A stretch of DNA of 64,000 nt from NCBI GenBank assembly GCA_030425825.1, contig JAUHZY010000001.1, forward strand, positions 743,607 to 807,606, read 5' to 3'. The stretch comes from Alphaproteobacteria bacterium (GTDB lineage: Bacteria; Pseudomonadota; Alphaproteobacteria; JAUHZY01). How positions within the stretch are numbered: position 1 is the stretch's first letter; every line of letters starts with the position of its first letter. The notes under the pieces are model-generated. The model did not search any database, was not told where the DNA came from, and worked only from the letters and a program-made list of their open reading frames with translations. A program made the position numbers and the translations under genes. Positions 22,615-32,113 of the stretch are shown here, one piece after another.

Positions 22615-25472
22615 TCCTTAACACGCGCAAGATGATCATATTCGCCATGAAATGAAACATCTGGAATGCCATGTGGGTAAGCCAAAAAAGGCGATTTCTG
22701 ATTCACAAAAAAAGACATTAAAGCGTAGAAAAGATCTTTTGTCGCCTCAACAATGCCTGGGACATCTTTTTCAAAAGAATCTGCCTTAGATTCTTTCCCC
22801 ACCTTCCAATACGATAAAACAATATTTTGAGATGGTCGCACTTTTGGAAAACCACCTTCTTGTAAAATCCAAGCCTCTAAGGGCAATTGTGGCGCCATGC
22901 CTGTTTGCACATCTCCCTTGCGAGGTGGCATGCCTGTTTTGTAATCGATAATTTCAACACGACCATCTTTAAAGACATCAATACGATCTGCTTTGGCTTT
23001 AATCAAGATTTCTAAATCTGTCATAAACTCGCCTTTAATTTCAGCATGAGATGTCTGAACATCACTTTGGCGTCTTGCCTCTTGTTCAACAAACCATTTT
23101 GCCATCTGCTTAAACTGCTGCCACCAGAAAACGGTGACTTCGTTTTCTTCAGAAATACTATCAAAGTATTTTTTTGCAACTTCTAGCAATGCTGAATAAG
23201 GATCTCCAGGCCATTTCTGGTGATAGGTTTCGACAAACTCTCGAAAAATATCATGAATAAGAATGCCGCGCTCTAATGCACCAATTTGCGAATCCATTGG
23301 CTGTAAAGGCGATAGTTTTAAAATACGGTGAACATAAAAAGCATAAGGATTGTTTGTTAGTAAAGCGACATCACTCACAGAATAAGACCTGGGACGCACA
23401 TGAATTGGCGGAACAGGTTCAGGAGGACCAAAAGACAAACCATCTACTTGGTGATGCAATCTTCTGCTTAAGTAAACAAAAGATAGGTCTAATAATGCAG
23501 GATCTGACTTTAGAACTTTTGAAAGCCATCGACTGGGAACACTGGAACGCCCCATCTCTTTTTCTGCCCGCGTCAGAATAACATTTTTTCCCGCAGAAAA
23601 CTGAACAAAATCATGCGCTGCCAAACCAACACGTCTTTCAGGTGTTAACAAGCCAAAAGAAGCCCGCATTGATTTCGAAAGCCATATGTTTTCTGATAGA
23701 TCAGGCGGCCAAACACCTTCATTCATTCCACCCAAAATTGTAAGATCAAATTTTTGCAAACGTGCTTCAAGTGGCCCTAGCAAGACAATCTTATCAAGCT
23801 TCCTTGAAGGCGGCGCCATTTTCTGTGAAGAAAATATCTTACTTATAAAATCAACATAACCGGCACCATTCACACGCCCTAAGCCTTGTGCATTTTTCAG
23901 CAACACCTCAAAAAGCGAGGATAATGCTTGTCCTTCTTCGTCAACCCAAAGCCTCTCTCCTGTTTTGTCAAAATGGTTTGAAAGCATCTTCTCAGAAAAC
24001 ACCAAATGTGCAGATGATTTTTTAGAAAAATTCTGCACATCCAAATCGCTAGCAACATCATTGAACGCAGAGCTTAATGATTGAATTGCCAGAAGGTTTT
24101 CCGCACTATTTTTTTCTAGAAACGAAGATAAAGAGTCATAAACATGACCACGAACAAGCTGTTGTTCAATATACATAATTTCTTTTGATTCAAAGCACAG
24201 GCGAGAAAGTGGATGTTTCAAAACAGCCATCAAAACATGAGGAGAAAACTCTTCAAACAACAATCTTGCTGTTAATATTAGGTAAACCCCTTTTGATAAG
24301 TCTTCTAGCTTTTGCCCCTCATTCATATAAACATCAACACCCCATTTTTTTAGGCGTTGTTGGACACGTCCCTTCAAATCATCATTCATCGATATGAGAG
24401 CTGCTTTTTTAATGTCTTTTTTCTCAAGCGCATCACGTAAATATAAAGAAATAACAGAAGCCTCTTCTTCTAATGTCGCACAAGAAACAACCTTCAATCC
24501 TTTTTCCCCTTGGGGAAGACAATGATATTCATCACGCATTAATTGATTAACGTAAGTGACTTTTTCGGACGAAGGTGTTTGACCCTGTTGCGCACACCCT
24601 TGGAAAACAGAAACATCACGATAATTGACTTCCATAAAACTCAACAAAGCTCTTAAACCATACTGAGGGTGTGTTGGTTTAATATCTGAAGTATCAACAT
24701 CATATGACTGATCTAACCCTGGCAAAACAACCGTACCGTTAGGCAGCCTCGCGATAACATCTAAAAGCTTTGCTGTCGTCTTATGTGAGCCTGTCGACCC
24801 TGCTGCGATAACATAGTCATGTGTAGGCGTTTCTTCCCAAGCTTTTGTTTGCTTTTCCAGCAGTAAGTGTACGCGCTGCATCGGATCAACTTTATCTATT
24901 GACTCAAGAATGCGCGGCCATTGCTGGGAGATAACATTTAGAAAATCTAGGTTTTTTTGCCAATGAACAGCGTAAGCCTCAGGAACAAGATCTTTCATCT
25001 CACTCAGCGAGAGCCTTTCAGATTGAACTTGATCCAAAAAACCACAAAGCTGTTGAGATAAATGAGTAGCAGATGATAGTGATAAGTCTTCAACTTCACC
25101 ACGCTCATTATAAAAACCTGCCTTCAAAAGACATTGCGTTAAAATTAATTGGCGCTCTAATGAACTGATTGCCGGTTTTATTTCTGCTGAAAGGTTTTTG
25201 TCATAAAGCTGGAATTCTATATCTTCATCATCCAGATCCGCCAATGGATACATTTTGGGCAAAACTAATGACTCTTGCTGTGATTTTTCAAGCAAGCACT
25301 CTGCTAAAAGCCTGCAAGCACGTCGTGTTGGCAAAAAGACGGTTACACGTCTAAAGGCCAGAGGATCATGACCAAAATCATGCAGCAAAGAAGAGGCCAT
25401 CACATCTAAAAAAGAATATTCAGAAGGCATATTGTAAACGCCTTGCTGGAAGATTTTATCTGTCACAAGCAT
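22605..25472 (-). CDS. addB: Double-strand break repair protein AddB
   Basis: C-terminal nuclease motif (ADRIDV...VEIIDYKTG). Position upstream of addA. The start is set to ATG 25472 (MLVTDKIF..) rather than the track's 25553. Confidence 0.85.
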   Translation of the reverse strand: MLVTDKIFQQGVYNMPSEYSFLDVMASSLLHDFGHDPLAFRRVTVFLPTRRACRLLAECLLEKSQQESLVLPKMYPLADLDDEDIEFQLYDKNLSAEIKPAISSLERQLILTQCLLKAGFYNERGEVEDLSLSSATHLSQQLCGFLDQVQSERLSLSEMKDLVPEAYAVHWQKNLDFLNVISQQWPRILESIDKVDPMQRVHLLLEKQTKAWEETPTHDYVIAAGSTGSHKTTAKLLDVIARLPNGTVVLPGLDQSYDVDTSDIKPTHPQYGLRALLSFMEVNYRDVSVFQGCAQQGQTPSSEKVTYVNQLMRDEYHCLPQGEKGLKVVSCATLEEEASVISLYLRDALEKKDIKKAALISMNDDLKGRVQQRLKKWGVDVYMNEGQKLEDLSKGVYLILTARLLFEEFSPHVLMAVLKHPLSRLCFESKEIMYIEQQLVRGHVYDSLSSFLEKNSAENLLAIQSLSSAFNDVASDLDVQNFSKKSSAHLVFSEKMLSNHFDKTGERLWVDEEGQALSSLFEVLLKNAQGLGRVNGAGYVDFISKIFSSQKMAPPSRKLDKIVLLGPLEARLQKFDLTILGGMNEGVWPPDLSENIWLSKSMRASFGLLTPERRVGLAAHDFVQFSAGKNVILTRAEKEMGRSSVPSRWLSKVLKSDPALLDLSFVYLSRRLHHQVDGLSFGPPEPVPPIHVRPRSYSVSDVALLTNNPYAFYVHRILKLSPLQPMDSQIGALERGILIHDIFREFVETYHQKWPGDPYSALLEVAKKYFDSISEENEVTVFWWQQFKQMAKWFVEQEARRQSDVQTSHAEIKGEFMTDLEILIKAKADRIDVFKDGRVEIIDYKTGMPPRKGDVQTGMAPQLPLEAWILQEGGFPKVRPSQNIVLSYWKVGKESKADSFEKDVPGIVEATKDLFYALMSFFVNQKSPFLAYPHGIPDVSFHGEYDHLARVKEWS

Positions 25473-26157
25473 CCTCAACCATCTTGATATCTCGTGGTGT
25501 TGAAAGATGATACCACTGCCCTGGGTACTCAACACCAAACAAGCGCCCATCATCCATAGATTTTTGCCAAAGATCTTTCATCGAAAATGAACGTTCCTCA
25601 AGACCTTCAAAAATACCACCTTTAATAAGACACACCCCCATATACATGTAAGGCACATCATCCCCCCATGACAAAGCACCATTTTTTGCGCGCTGAAAAT
25701 CACCCTTTTTTGTTGGGTTCAACATCCTATCAATCGGAAAGAGAGAGAGTAAAAAGTCCATTTTCTCTGGCTGCCAGTTTTCGACAAGATGCGTGAATAT
25801 ATTTTCTCCTTCCCACAAAGAGTCCCCCAACACACAAAATAGATCTTGCTTTAGGTCCAAGAACTGTCCTGCACGCACAACACCGCCGCCTGTTTCTAGA
25901 GCCTCTTCTTCTTCTGAAAATAAGACTATTAAATCACCAGTATAATCTTCCACAAATTGTGACATCTGGCTTTTAAGATAATGACCATTAATAACGACCT
26001 TCTCAATCGGTGCTTGCTCAAGCTTGTCCAAAGTATGGCGCAAAATTGGCTTTCCATTGACAGGCAAAAGCGGCTTGGGACAATCGTTTGTCAGCGGACG
26101 CATACGCGTACCAAAGCCTGCGGCTAAAATAAAAGCCTGATTAGGATATTTTACCAT
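25456..26157 (-). CDS. murU: Sugar-1-phosphate nucleotidyltransferase (MurU-like)
   Basis: N-terminal G-loop LAAGFGTRMRPLT..PKPLLPV. Position in the alphaproteobacterial tsaE-kinase-NTase-addBA cluster. Confidence 0.7.
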   Translation of the reverse strand: MVKYPNQAFILAAGFGTRMRPLTNDCPKPLLPVNGKPILRHTLDKLEQAPIEKVVINGHYLKSQMSQFVEDYTGDLIVLFSEEEEALETGGGVVRAGQFLDLKQDLFCVLGDSLWEGENIFTHLVENWQPEKMDFLLSLFPIDRMLNPTKKGDFQRAKNGALSWGDDVPYMYMGVCLIKGGIFEGLEERSFSMKDLWQKSMDDGRLFGVEYPGQWYHLSTPRDIKMVEDACDR

Positions 26158-27085
26158 ATTTCTTAAACCATTTATTTAAAGGGTGAAGGCAATCAATTTG
26201 CTGTGTCTCTTCGTCAATATAAGAAAGCAAGCGTGGAATATGCGTGCCGTAATGTCGCTTCTTATCACGCTTCATTAGACGTGCAAAAATTCCTAGATTC
26301 TTTGTGTGACGATGAGCTGCTAGGATATAATAATTTTTTAAAAAATCATCATGGTCGACACCTGTTTCAGCAATAAACTTATCTATTAGTTCTCTTTGAA
26401 GGCCACCAGGGATATTCCGCCTGTCATCACGCAAAAGTGACATAATATCATATCCTTGCGGCATCATCACGGCATCTTGGAAATCAAGCAATCCACATCT
26501 TTTATGCTTCAGCCTATCGGGAAGCCACATCAAGTTATCAACATGATAATCCAACAACGTCATCACGCGGTTTGTATCATTCAACTGCGCAATAATATCT
26601 TTCCAAATATATATAAACTCATCAACAACATAGCTATCTAGGTCTGTCAGATACCAGTCTGGAACAAGCTTAACGCGCTCTATAAAGTGCGCGGTATCAA
26701 CTTCTACAAGCTCTTCGCTTTTCATATTATGTAGCTTGATCAAAACATCTGTTGCGGCATGATAAAGCGCCTCTTCTTCCTCAGGTGCTTCCGAAAGTAC
26801 GACGGTAAAACTAGCTGTGCCAAAATCTTCTAAAACAGCTAGGCCGCACGCATCTTTTTGAAAGTAAACTTGTGGCACGGAAAAACCTTGTCGACTGAGA
26901 ATGTTTTGTACAACCATAAACTTTTTATAAGACTCATTTTCACGTGATGAATCCATAAGCATGTAACGCGCATCACCCTTGATAAGGCGCGTGTAACACC
27001 TTCGTGAAGCATCCGATGGTAACGTTTGACGTTGCCAATCATCAAGGCCACACTCTTTTAAAAACTCTTCAATCTGGTCTGCCAC
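26141..27085 (-). CDS. amgK: APH-fold sugar kinase (AmgK-like)
   Basis: Catalytic loop LLDYHVDNLMW and LLDFQDA (DFG-like). Lies adjacent to the murU-like gene. Confidence 0.65.
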   Translation of the reverse strand: MADQIEEFLKECGLDDWQRQTLPSDASRRCYTRLIKGDARYMLMDSSRENESYKKFMVVQNILSRQGFSVPQVYFQKDACGLAVLEDFGTASFTVVLSEAPEEEEALYHAATDVLIKLHNMKSEELVEVDTAHFIERVKLVPDWYLTDLDSYVVDEFIYIWKDIIAQLNDTNRVMTLLDYHVDNLMWLPDRLKHKRCGLLDFQDAVMMPQGYDIMSLLRDDRRNIPGGLQRELIDKFIAETGVDHDDFLKNYYILAAHRHTKNLGIFARLMKRDKKRHYGTHIPRLLSYIDEETQQIDCLHPLNKWFKKYGKIS

Positions 27086-27516
27086 TTTTCATTTCCTGTC
27101 AATGTGATATGACGTGTATTGTCATTATCGGTGAATGTGATGTTGATTTCCAAAAGATCTTTGGGCAAAACATGTGATGCTTTTTCTGCCCACTCTATCA
27201 AGCTAACCGCATTCAGAAAAGCCTCTTCAATACCCAACTCATAGACTTCTTCTTCTGTTTTTAAGCGGTATAAATCAAAATGCCAAACAGGCGGTGTCAA
27301 TTCTTCATAAACTTGGACGAGTGGAAAAGTTGGGCTAGGCACCTCGCCTTTATATCCCAACATCTTCAGCAGTGCTTTTGCAAAAAAAGTTTTACCTGCA
27401 CCTAAATCGCCCTTCAAAGAAATGACATCTCCACACGATAGGATGCCAACGAATCGTTTTGCAACTTGCATAACGCCGTCTTCATCACAATCTTCATAAA
27501 GAGCAATCTTTTTCAT
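27058..27516 (-). CDS. tsaE: tRNA t6A37 biosynthesis ATPase TsaE
   Basis: GDLGAGKT P-loop, SPTF, and HFDLYRL. The start is set to ATG 27516 (MKKIALYED..), which keeps it divergent from uvrB. Confidence 0.85.
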   Translation of the reverse strand: MKKIALYEDCDEDGVMQVAKRFVGILSCGDVISLKGDLGAGKTFFAKALLKMLGYKGEVPSPTFPLVQVYEELTPPVWHFDLYRLKTEEEVYELGIEEAFLNAVSLIEWAEKASHVLPKDLLEINITFTDNDNTRHITLTGNEKWQTRLKSF

Positions 27517-27567
27517 AGAAACTATGCTTACATGTTTAAAATTTATTGATGAGAACAACATATAAAA

Positions 27568-29577
27568 ATGCAAGCCAACGTGATAGATAAATTTACAAAA
27601 AAGATTAACAGCTATCAGATTGATGCGCCGTTCGAGCCTTCAGGTGATCAGCCGGAAGCAATCAAGACACTGGTAAAAGGCCTTAACGCTGGCGAGAAAG
27701 ACCAAGTTCTACTTGGCGTTACAGGGTCAGGAAAGACATTCACAGTTGCCAATGTCATCAAAGAAACAGGACGACCTGCACTGATTATGGCGCCCAACAA
27801 AACACTTGCGGCACAACTTTATCAGGAATTTAAAGCGTTTCTACCAAACAATGCCGTTGAATATTTCGTTTCTTATTATGATTACTACCAGCCCGAAGCT
27901 TATGTCGCACGCAGCGATACCTTTATTGATAAAGATGCGTCAATTAATGAAGAAATAAACCGTATGCGGCACGCAGCAACACGGGCATTATTTGAACGGC
28001 AAGACATTGTAATCGTCGCAAGTGTCTCATGCATTTATGGTATTGGGTCGGCTGAAGACTATACAAGTATGACGCTGCACTTCGAAAAAGGACAGCGCGT
28101 GAACCGCGATGAATTGTTACGTAACCTTGTTGATATCCACTATAAAAGAAACGATACAAACTTTAATCGTGGTAATTTTCGCGTTCGTGGCGACTCTGTT
28201 GAGATTTTTCCTGCTCACTTAGAAGATCGTGCGTGGCGTATTGCTATGTTTGGTGATGAGCTTGATGAACTTTGCGAATTTGATCCTTTGACAGGGAAGA
28301 AAACTCAAAACCTTGACTTTATTCGGGTCTTTGCAAACTCACACTATGTTACGCCTGGCCCAACAATACAACAAGCCATCAAACAGATTCGTGCTGACCT
28401 TAAAGAACGCGTTGCATATTTTCGTAAAAACAATCAACTACTAGAAGCGCAACGACTAGAACAACGCACAAATTTTGACTTAGAAATGATGGCCTCAACA
28501 GGCAGCTGCGCAGGGATTGAAAACTATTCTCGCTACCTGACAGGACGCGCGCCAGGCACTGCACCACCCACGCTTTTTGAATATCTTCCTAAAGATGCCA
28601 TTCTTTTTACAGATGAAAGCCATGTAACAGTCCCTCAAATCAACGGGATGTTTAAAGGTGACCTTTCTCGCAAAACAACGCTTTCAGAACATGGCTTCCG
28701 TCTACCTGCTTGTAAAGATAACCGCCCCTTAAAGTTTGAAGAATGGGAAGAATTACGCCCACAAACCATTCATGTCTCTGCGACCCCTGGCCCTTGGGAA
28801 CTAGAACAAACAAGTGGCGCATTTATTGAACAGCTTGTGCGTCCGACAGGCCTTCTTGATCCGCCTTGCGATGTACGCCCTGTTGAAAGCCAAGTTGACG
28901 ACCTCATGGATGAATGTAGAAAATGTGTTAAAAATGGTGAGCGTGTCTTGGTCACAACTTTAACTAAAAAAATGGCTGAGTCCCTTACTGAATATCTTAA
29001 TGATGCTGGTCTAAAGGCATGCTACATGCATTCTGACGTTGATACCCTTGAACGGATTCAAATTATCCAAGACCTACGCAAAGGTACTTTTGACATACTG
29101 ATTGGCATTAACTTACTACGTGAAGGACTGGATATACCAGAATGTGCCTTGGTTGCCATTCTAGACGCCGACAAAGAAGGTTTTCTGAGATCAGAAACAT
29201 CCCTCATCCAAACGATTGGACGCGCTGCACGAAATATTAATGGGCGTGTTATTCTTTATGCAGATAAAATAACAAATTCAATGCGCAGAGCGTTAGACGA
29301 AACAGAACGTCGCCGAAAAACACAAGAAGAGTACAATAAAAAGAATGGCATAACACCAAAAGGGATCCAAAAAGACCTACTTCAAAGTCCAGAGAAACAA
29401 ACCGAAGATGTAGACCGCTTATTAATAGGCAAAGATCTTCGTGAACAAATTAAAAAGCTTGAAAAAAACATGCATGACGCAGCTGCTAATCTTGAGTTCG
29501 AACAAGCTGCTAGACTACGCAATAAAATTAGAGCCCTTGAGCAGCAAGAGTTAGGGCTTGGTATCTTAAAAAAATAA
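27568..29577 (+). CDS. uvrB: Excinuclease ABC subunit B
   Basis: GVTGSGKT, helicase motifs, and a C-terminal UVR domain ([17 protein letters not shown]). Confidence 0.98.
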   Translation: MQANVIDKFTKKINSYQIDAPFEPSGDQPEAIKTLVKGLNAGEKDQVLLGVTGSGKTFTVANVIKETGRPALIMAPNKTLAAQLYQEFKAFLPNNAVEYFVSYYDYYQPEAYVARSDTFIDKDASINEEINRMRHAATRALFERQDIVIVASVSCIYGIGSAEDYTSMTLHFEKGQRVNRDELLRNLVDIHYKRNDTNFNRGNFRVRGDSVEIFPAHLEDRAWRIAMFGDELDELCEFDPLTGKKTQNLDFIRVFANSHYVTPGPTIQQAIKQIRADLKERVAYFRKNNQLLEAQRLEQRTNFDLEMMASTGSCAGIENYSRYLTGRAPGTAPPTLFEYLPKDAILFTDESHVTVPQINGMFKGDLSRKTTLSEHGFRLPACKDNRPLKFEEWEELRPQTIHVSATPGPWELEQTSGAFIEQLVRPTGLLDPPCDVRPVESQVDDLMDECRKCVKNGERVLVTTLTKKMAESLTEYLNDAGLKACYMHSDVDTLERIQIIQDLRKGTFDILIGINLLREGLDIPECALVAILDADKEGFLRSETSLIQTIGRAARNINGRVILYADKITNSMRRALDETERRRKTQEEYNKKNGITPKGIQKDLLQSPEKQTEDVDRLLIGKDLREQIKKLEKNMHDAAANLEFEQAARLRNKIRALEQQELGLGILKK

Positions 29578-29755
29578 AGTTTCCTATTGGGATTTCCACA
29601 ACCGTTGCAAAAAACTCAACACTTAAATAAAAAACCAATGAAATCAAAAGATAATTCTTAAAGTTGTTTAAAATCATACACTTAGATGGTGCTTCTTTTT
29701 TAAGCAAAGTGTATTTTTTCCCAGTTCTTGTAAGATTTTTGATAGCGAAAAAGAT

Positions 29756-29802
29756 TAATCCACAAACTTATCCACAGATTTTGTGGAGAAGTTTGTGGGA
29801 TA
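29756..29802. other. Imperfect palindrome carrying a cluster of DnaA-box-like 9-mers
   Basis: TAATCCACA (29756-64), a perfect TTATCCACA (29768-76), TGTGGAGAA (29782-90, reverse complement TTCTCCACA) and TGTGGGATA (29794-802, reverse complement TATCCCACA). A further ATTTCCACA lies at 29592-29600. Confidence 0.4.
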
Positions 29803-29813
29803 TAATTTAAATT

Positions 29814-30476
29814 TTATTCTCTGCCTGCAATCTTATCTAAAATCACAGAAGCCTTGGCTTCAATTTTGTCACCTAGTGTTTCCGCACCAAGCTCTTTTCT
29901 TTCTTCTTTTGTCAGCGCACCTTTTTGAACTTTTGGATTCGCGCCTTCATAATTCCAATCGAGCATTTTTTGGATAAATTGCTCATTACTCACATCATAT
30001 GTGACATCAGCAGCGTCTTCAGGGAAGTTATCATGATAGATCTGCTTGATCAGGGCATCTTTTACACCGCCATCGGCTGCAGAGATCTCATTTCTTTCAG
30101 AAATTCGATTATCAAAAGTCGTAACGATTTTCCCAGTCGCTTTATCAATAACCGTATTTTGTGTCATCGAAACAGCAAGAAGTTGTGAAGCAAGACTTTC
30201 ATGTGTGATATCCCCATCTTTGCGAAGCTTAATAAGGTTAGGGTCAACCCCGTATGTTTCTGAAAGGATTTGGAGTGGTGTTCTCTTATCTCCCTTCTCA
30301 ACCTCACCATGCGCATAAGACAATGCTGCAGCAGCCGAGGTAAGGGCCATATCTTTTAACTCTTCAGGTAATGTATAATCACCGTCAACAAACTTTAATG
30401 TTCCTGCGTACTTTTCCATTTCTTGCGAAAGCTTAACAACAACATCATCCGCAACAACTACATCATGCTTAACCAT
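29814..30476 (-). CDS. Hypothetical protein (orphan, no recognisable domain)
   Basis: The start is set at ATG 30476 (MVKHDVVV..), which is preceded by AAGGGAGA. The track ORF extends to 30551. Confidence 0.6.
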   Translation of the reverse strand: MVKHDVVVADDVVVKLSQEMEKYAGTLKFVDGDYTLPEELKDMALTSAAAALSYAHGEVEKGDKRTPLQILSETYGVDPNLIKLRKDGDITHESLASQLLAVSMTQNTVIDKATGKIVTTFDNRISERNEISAADGGVKDALIKQIYHDNFPEDAADVTYDVSNEQFIQKMLDWNYEGANPKVQKGALTKEERKELGAETLGDKIEAKASVILDKIAGRE

Positions 30477-30767
30477 TGGTAGGTCTCCCTTATTCTTTTT
30501 GAACAATGACTTAAGTATACCACGATTCACAGACATTCGCAATGTAGGCACAACCCACCCAAAGAAAGAGCCTTTATTTTGGACAAACCGAATAGAAAAA
30601 GTGATTAATCTTCACTGTAATGATCATCTCTATTTGGAGAAAAAAAACATACTTAAAAATGACGCGAAAGAAGCAGCTGCTAAGCATTAAGACAACGCGG
30701 ATCACAAAAGGAGAAGTGCCTAAAGGACTTGTTGATCTTAGTAATACAAATTAGTTTTATTTTTTGA

Positions 30768-30852
30768 TGGTGCGGATGGAGGGACTTGAACCCCCACGCC
30801 TCGCAGCACTAGAACCTAAATCTAGCGTGTCTACCAATTTCACCACATCCGC
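30768..30852 (-). tRNA. tRNA-Leu (anticodon UAG), CCA encoded
   Basis: The reverse complement is GCGGATG..GTGAAATTGGTAGACAC..CTAGA-TTTAGGT-TCTAG.. with a long variable arm ..GGTTCAAGTCC..CATCCGCACCA. It has a 7-bp acceptor stem, a class II tRNA architecture, and a UU-UAG-G anticodon loop. Confidence 0.92.
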
Positions 30853-30963
30853 ATGCGATAAGAAGACGCACATTATACAGATAAAATCGCAGAAGACAAC
30901 AAAGAAAATTCATAAAAATCTAACTTGGTTTTTCTGCTAAAATACACTAGTTTAAGCAGCATC

Positions 30964-31383
30964 ATGGCTTTATACGGTTACTTAGAAAACAACATGCATC
31001 ACCTCCCTCTTCGCATATATTACGAAGACACGGATGCTGGCGGCGTGGTTTACCACTCAAATTACCTAAAATTTGCCGAACGCGCACGTACAGAGATGCT
31101 GCGCGCACACGGCATTAACCGCAAAGAACTTGAAGAAGAAGGCTTTATTTTTGTTGTACGCAAGGTTGAAGCTGATTACATGAAGCCCGCGCAACTCTAT
31201 GATGACCTGGTTGTACGTACCGAAGTAACCGAACTTGGCGGTGCCAGCATGACATTAACCCAAAATATTCTTAAAGAAGATGTTGAAATTGTCTGTTTAA
31301 GAGTTATTCTAGTCTGCGTGAATAAAGACATGAAACCTGTCCGTATCAACAACAAAATAAAAGGCCAATTATCACATGGTTGA
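30964..31383 (+). CDS. ybgC: Tol-Pal-associated acyl-CoA thioesterase YbgC
   Basis: Hotdog 4HBT motif YYEDTDAGGVVYHSNYLKF. It overlaps the tolQ start. The true start is either 30964 or ATG 30994. Confidence 0.85.
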   Translation: MALYGYLENNMHHLPLRIYYEDTDAGGVVYHSNYLKFAERARTEMLRAHGINRKELEEEGFIFVVRKVEADYMKPAQLYDDLVVRTEVTELGGASMTLTQNILKEDVEIVCLRVILVCVNKDMKPVRINNKIKGQLSHG

Positions 31384-32095
31384 AACAACAACACTTGCTG
31401 GCACTGTCGACTTCTCTTTTTGGGGCCTCTTTATACAGGCTGACTTCGTTGTCAAATCTGTTATTATTATGCTTATTGCATCTTCTATCTGGTCTTGGAC
31501 AATCATTATCGACAAGTTTTTGCGCTTTAAAAAATTAACACTACTTGCAACGCGTTTTGAAAAGCGCTTTTGGGATGGCGAGCCGCTAGATGACATGCTG
31601 GTACGTGCCAAGAAACGTCCTGAAGATCCAATTGCAAATGTATTTGCAACTGCTTTGAATGAATGGAAGCGCATTACCTCGAAAAAGGAAGAGTCAGATG
31701 CAAGCCATATTTCAGTTCAAGAAAGGCTTGAACGCCTTCTTCAATTGCGTATTGAAAAAGAAATGAGCCACCTGGAAAAATATATGGGATTTCTAGCGAC
31801 AGTTGGGTCAACAGCACCTTTCGTCGGTCTTTTTGGAACAGTTTGGGGAATTATGAACAGCTTTCGCATGATTGGCATGATGAACAACACATCTTTAAGC
31901 GTCGTTGCGCCTGGAATCGCCGAAGCTCTTTTCGCAACAGCACTTGGATTAATTGCTGCAATTCCCGCCGTTGTTGGTTACAATAAACTTTCTGATGACC
32001 TCAGCCGATACGCAGCACGGCTTGAATTTTTCTCAGCTGAACTCGTCAGCATTTTACTACGTCAATTGGAAGATACGAATGCAAACAAAAAATAA
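31376..32095 (+). CDS. tolQ: Tol-Pal system proton channel protein TolQ
   Basis: MotA/TolQ/ExbB motifs ATVGSTAPFVGLFGTVWGIMNSF and GIAEALFATALGLIAAIPAVVGYN. Confidence 0.9.
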   Translation: MVETTTLAGTVDFSFWGLFIQADFVVKSVIIMLIASSIWSWTIIIDKFLRFKKLTLLATRFEKRFWDGEPLDDMLVRAKKRPEDPIANVFATALNEWKRITSKKEESDASHISVQERLERLLQLRIEKEMSHLEKYMGFLATVGSTAPFVGLFGTVWGIMNSFRMIGMMNNTSLSVVAPGIAEALFATALGLIAAIPAVVGYNKLSDDLSRYAARLEFFSAELVSILLRQLEDTNANKK

Positions 32096-32113
32096 GGGCA
32101 TAATGAATCATTA

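Noticed and set aside
29783-29977. Track ORF (64 aa, plus strand) starting inside the DnaA-box palindrome.
   Set aside because: It starts at GTG, runs antisense into the orphan gene, and has a hydrophobic low-complexity product. It is most likely spurious.
30499-30690. A 63-aa plus-strand ORF in the spacer between the orphan gene and tRNA-Leu, considered either as a coding ORF or as marking an ncRNA in the same spacer.
   Set aside because: There is no SD, no motif, and no obvious conserved secondary structure. I cannot support either call from sequence alone.
29685-30775. A possible tRNA-Leu-associated integrated islet. The 8-mer GATGGTGC at the tRNA 3' end (30766-30773) recurs at 29685-29692, and the two copies bracket the orphan gene and the DnaA-box palindrome.
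   Set aside because: Only 6 of the 8 nt lie inside the tRNA. Real att repeats usually extend 15 nt or more into the tRNA. There is no integrase or other mobility gene, and a single 8-mer match is within chance.
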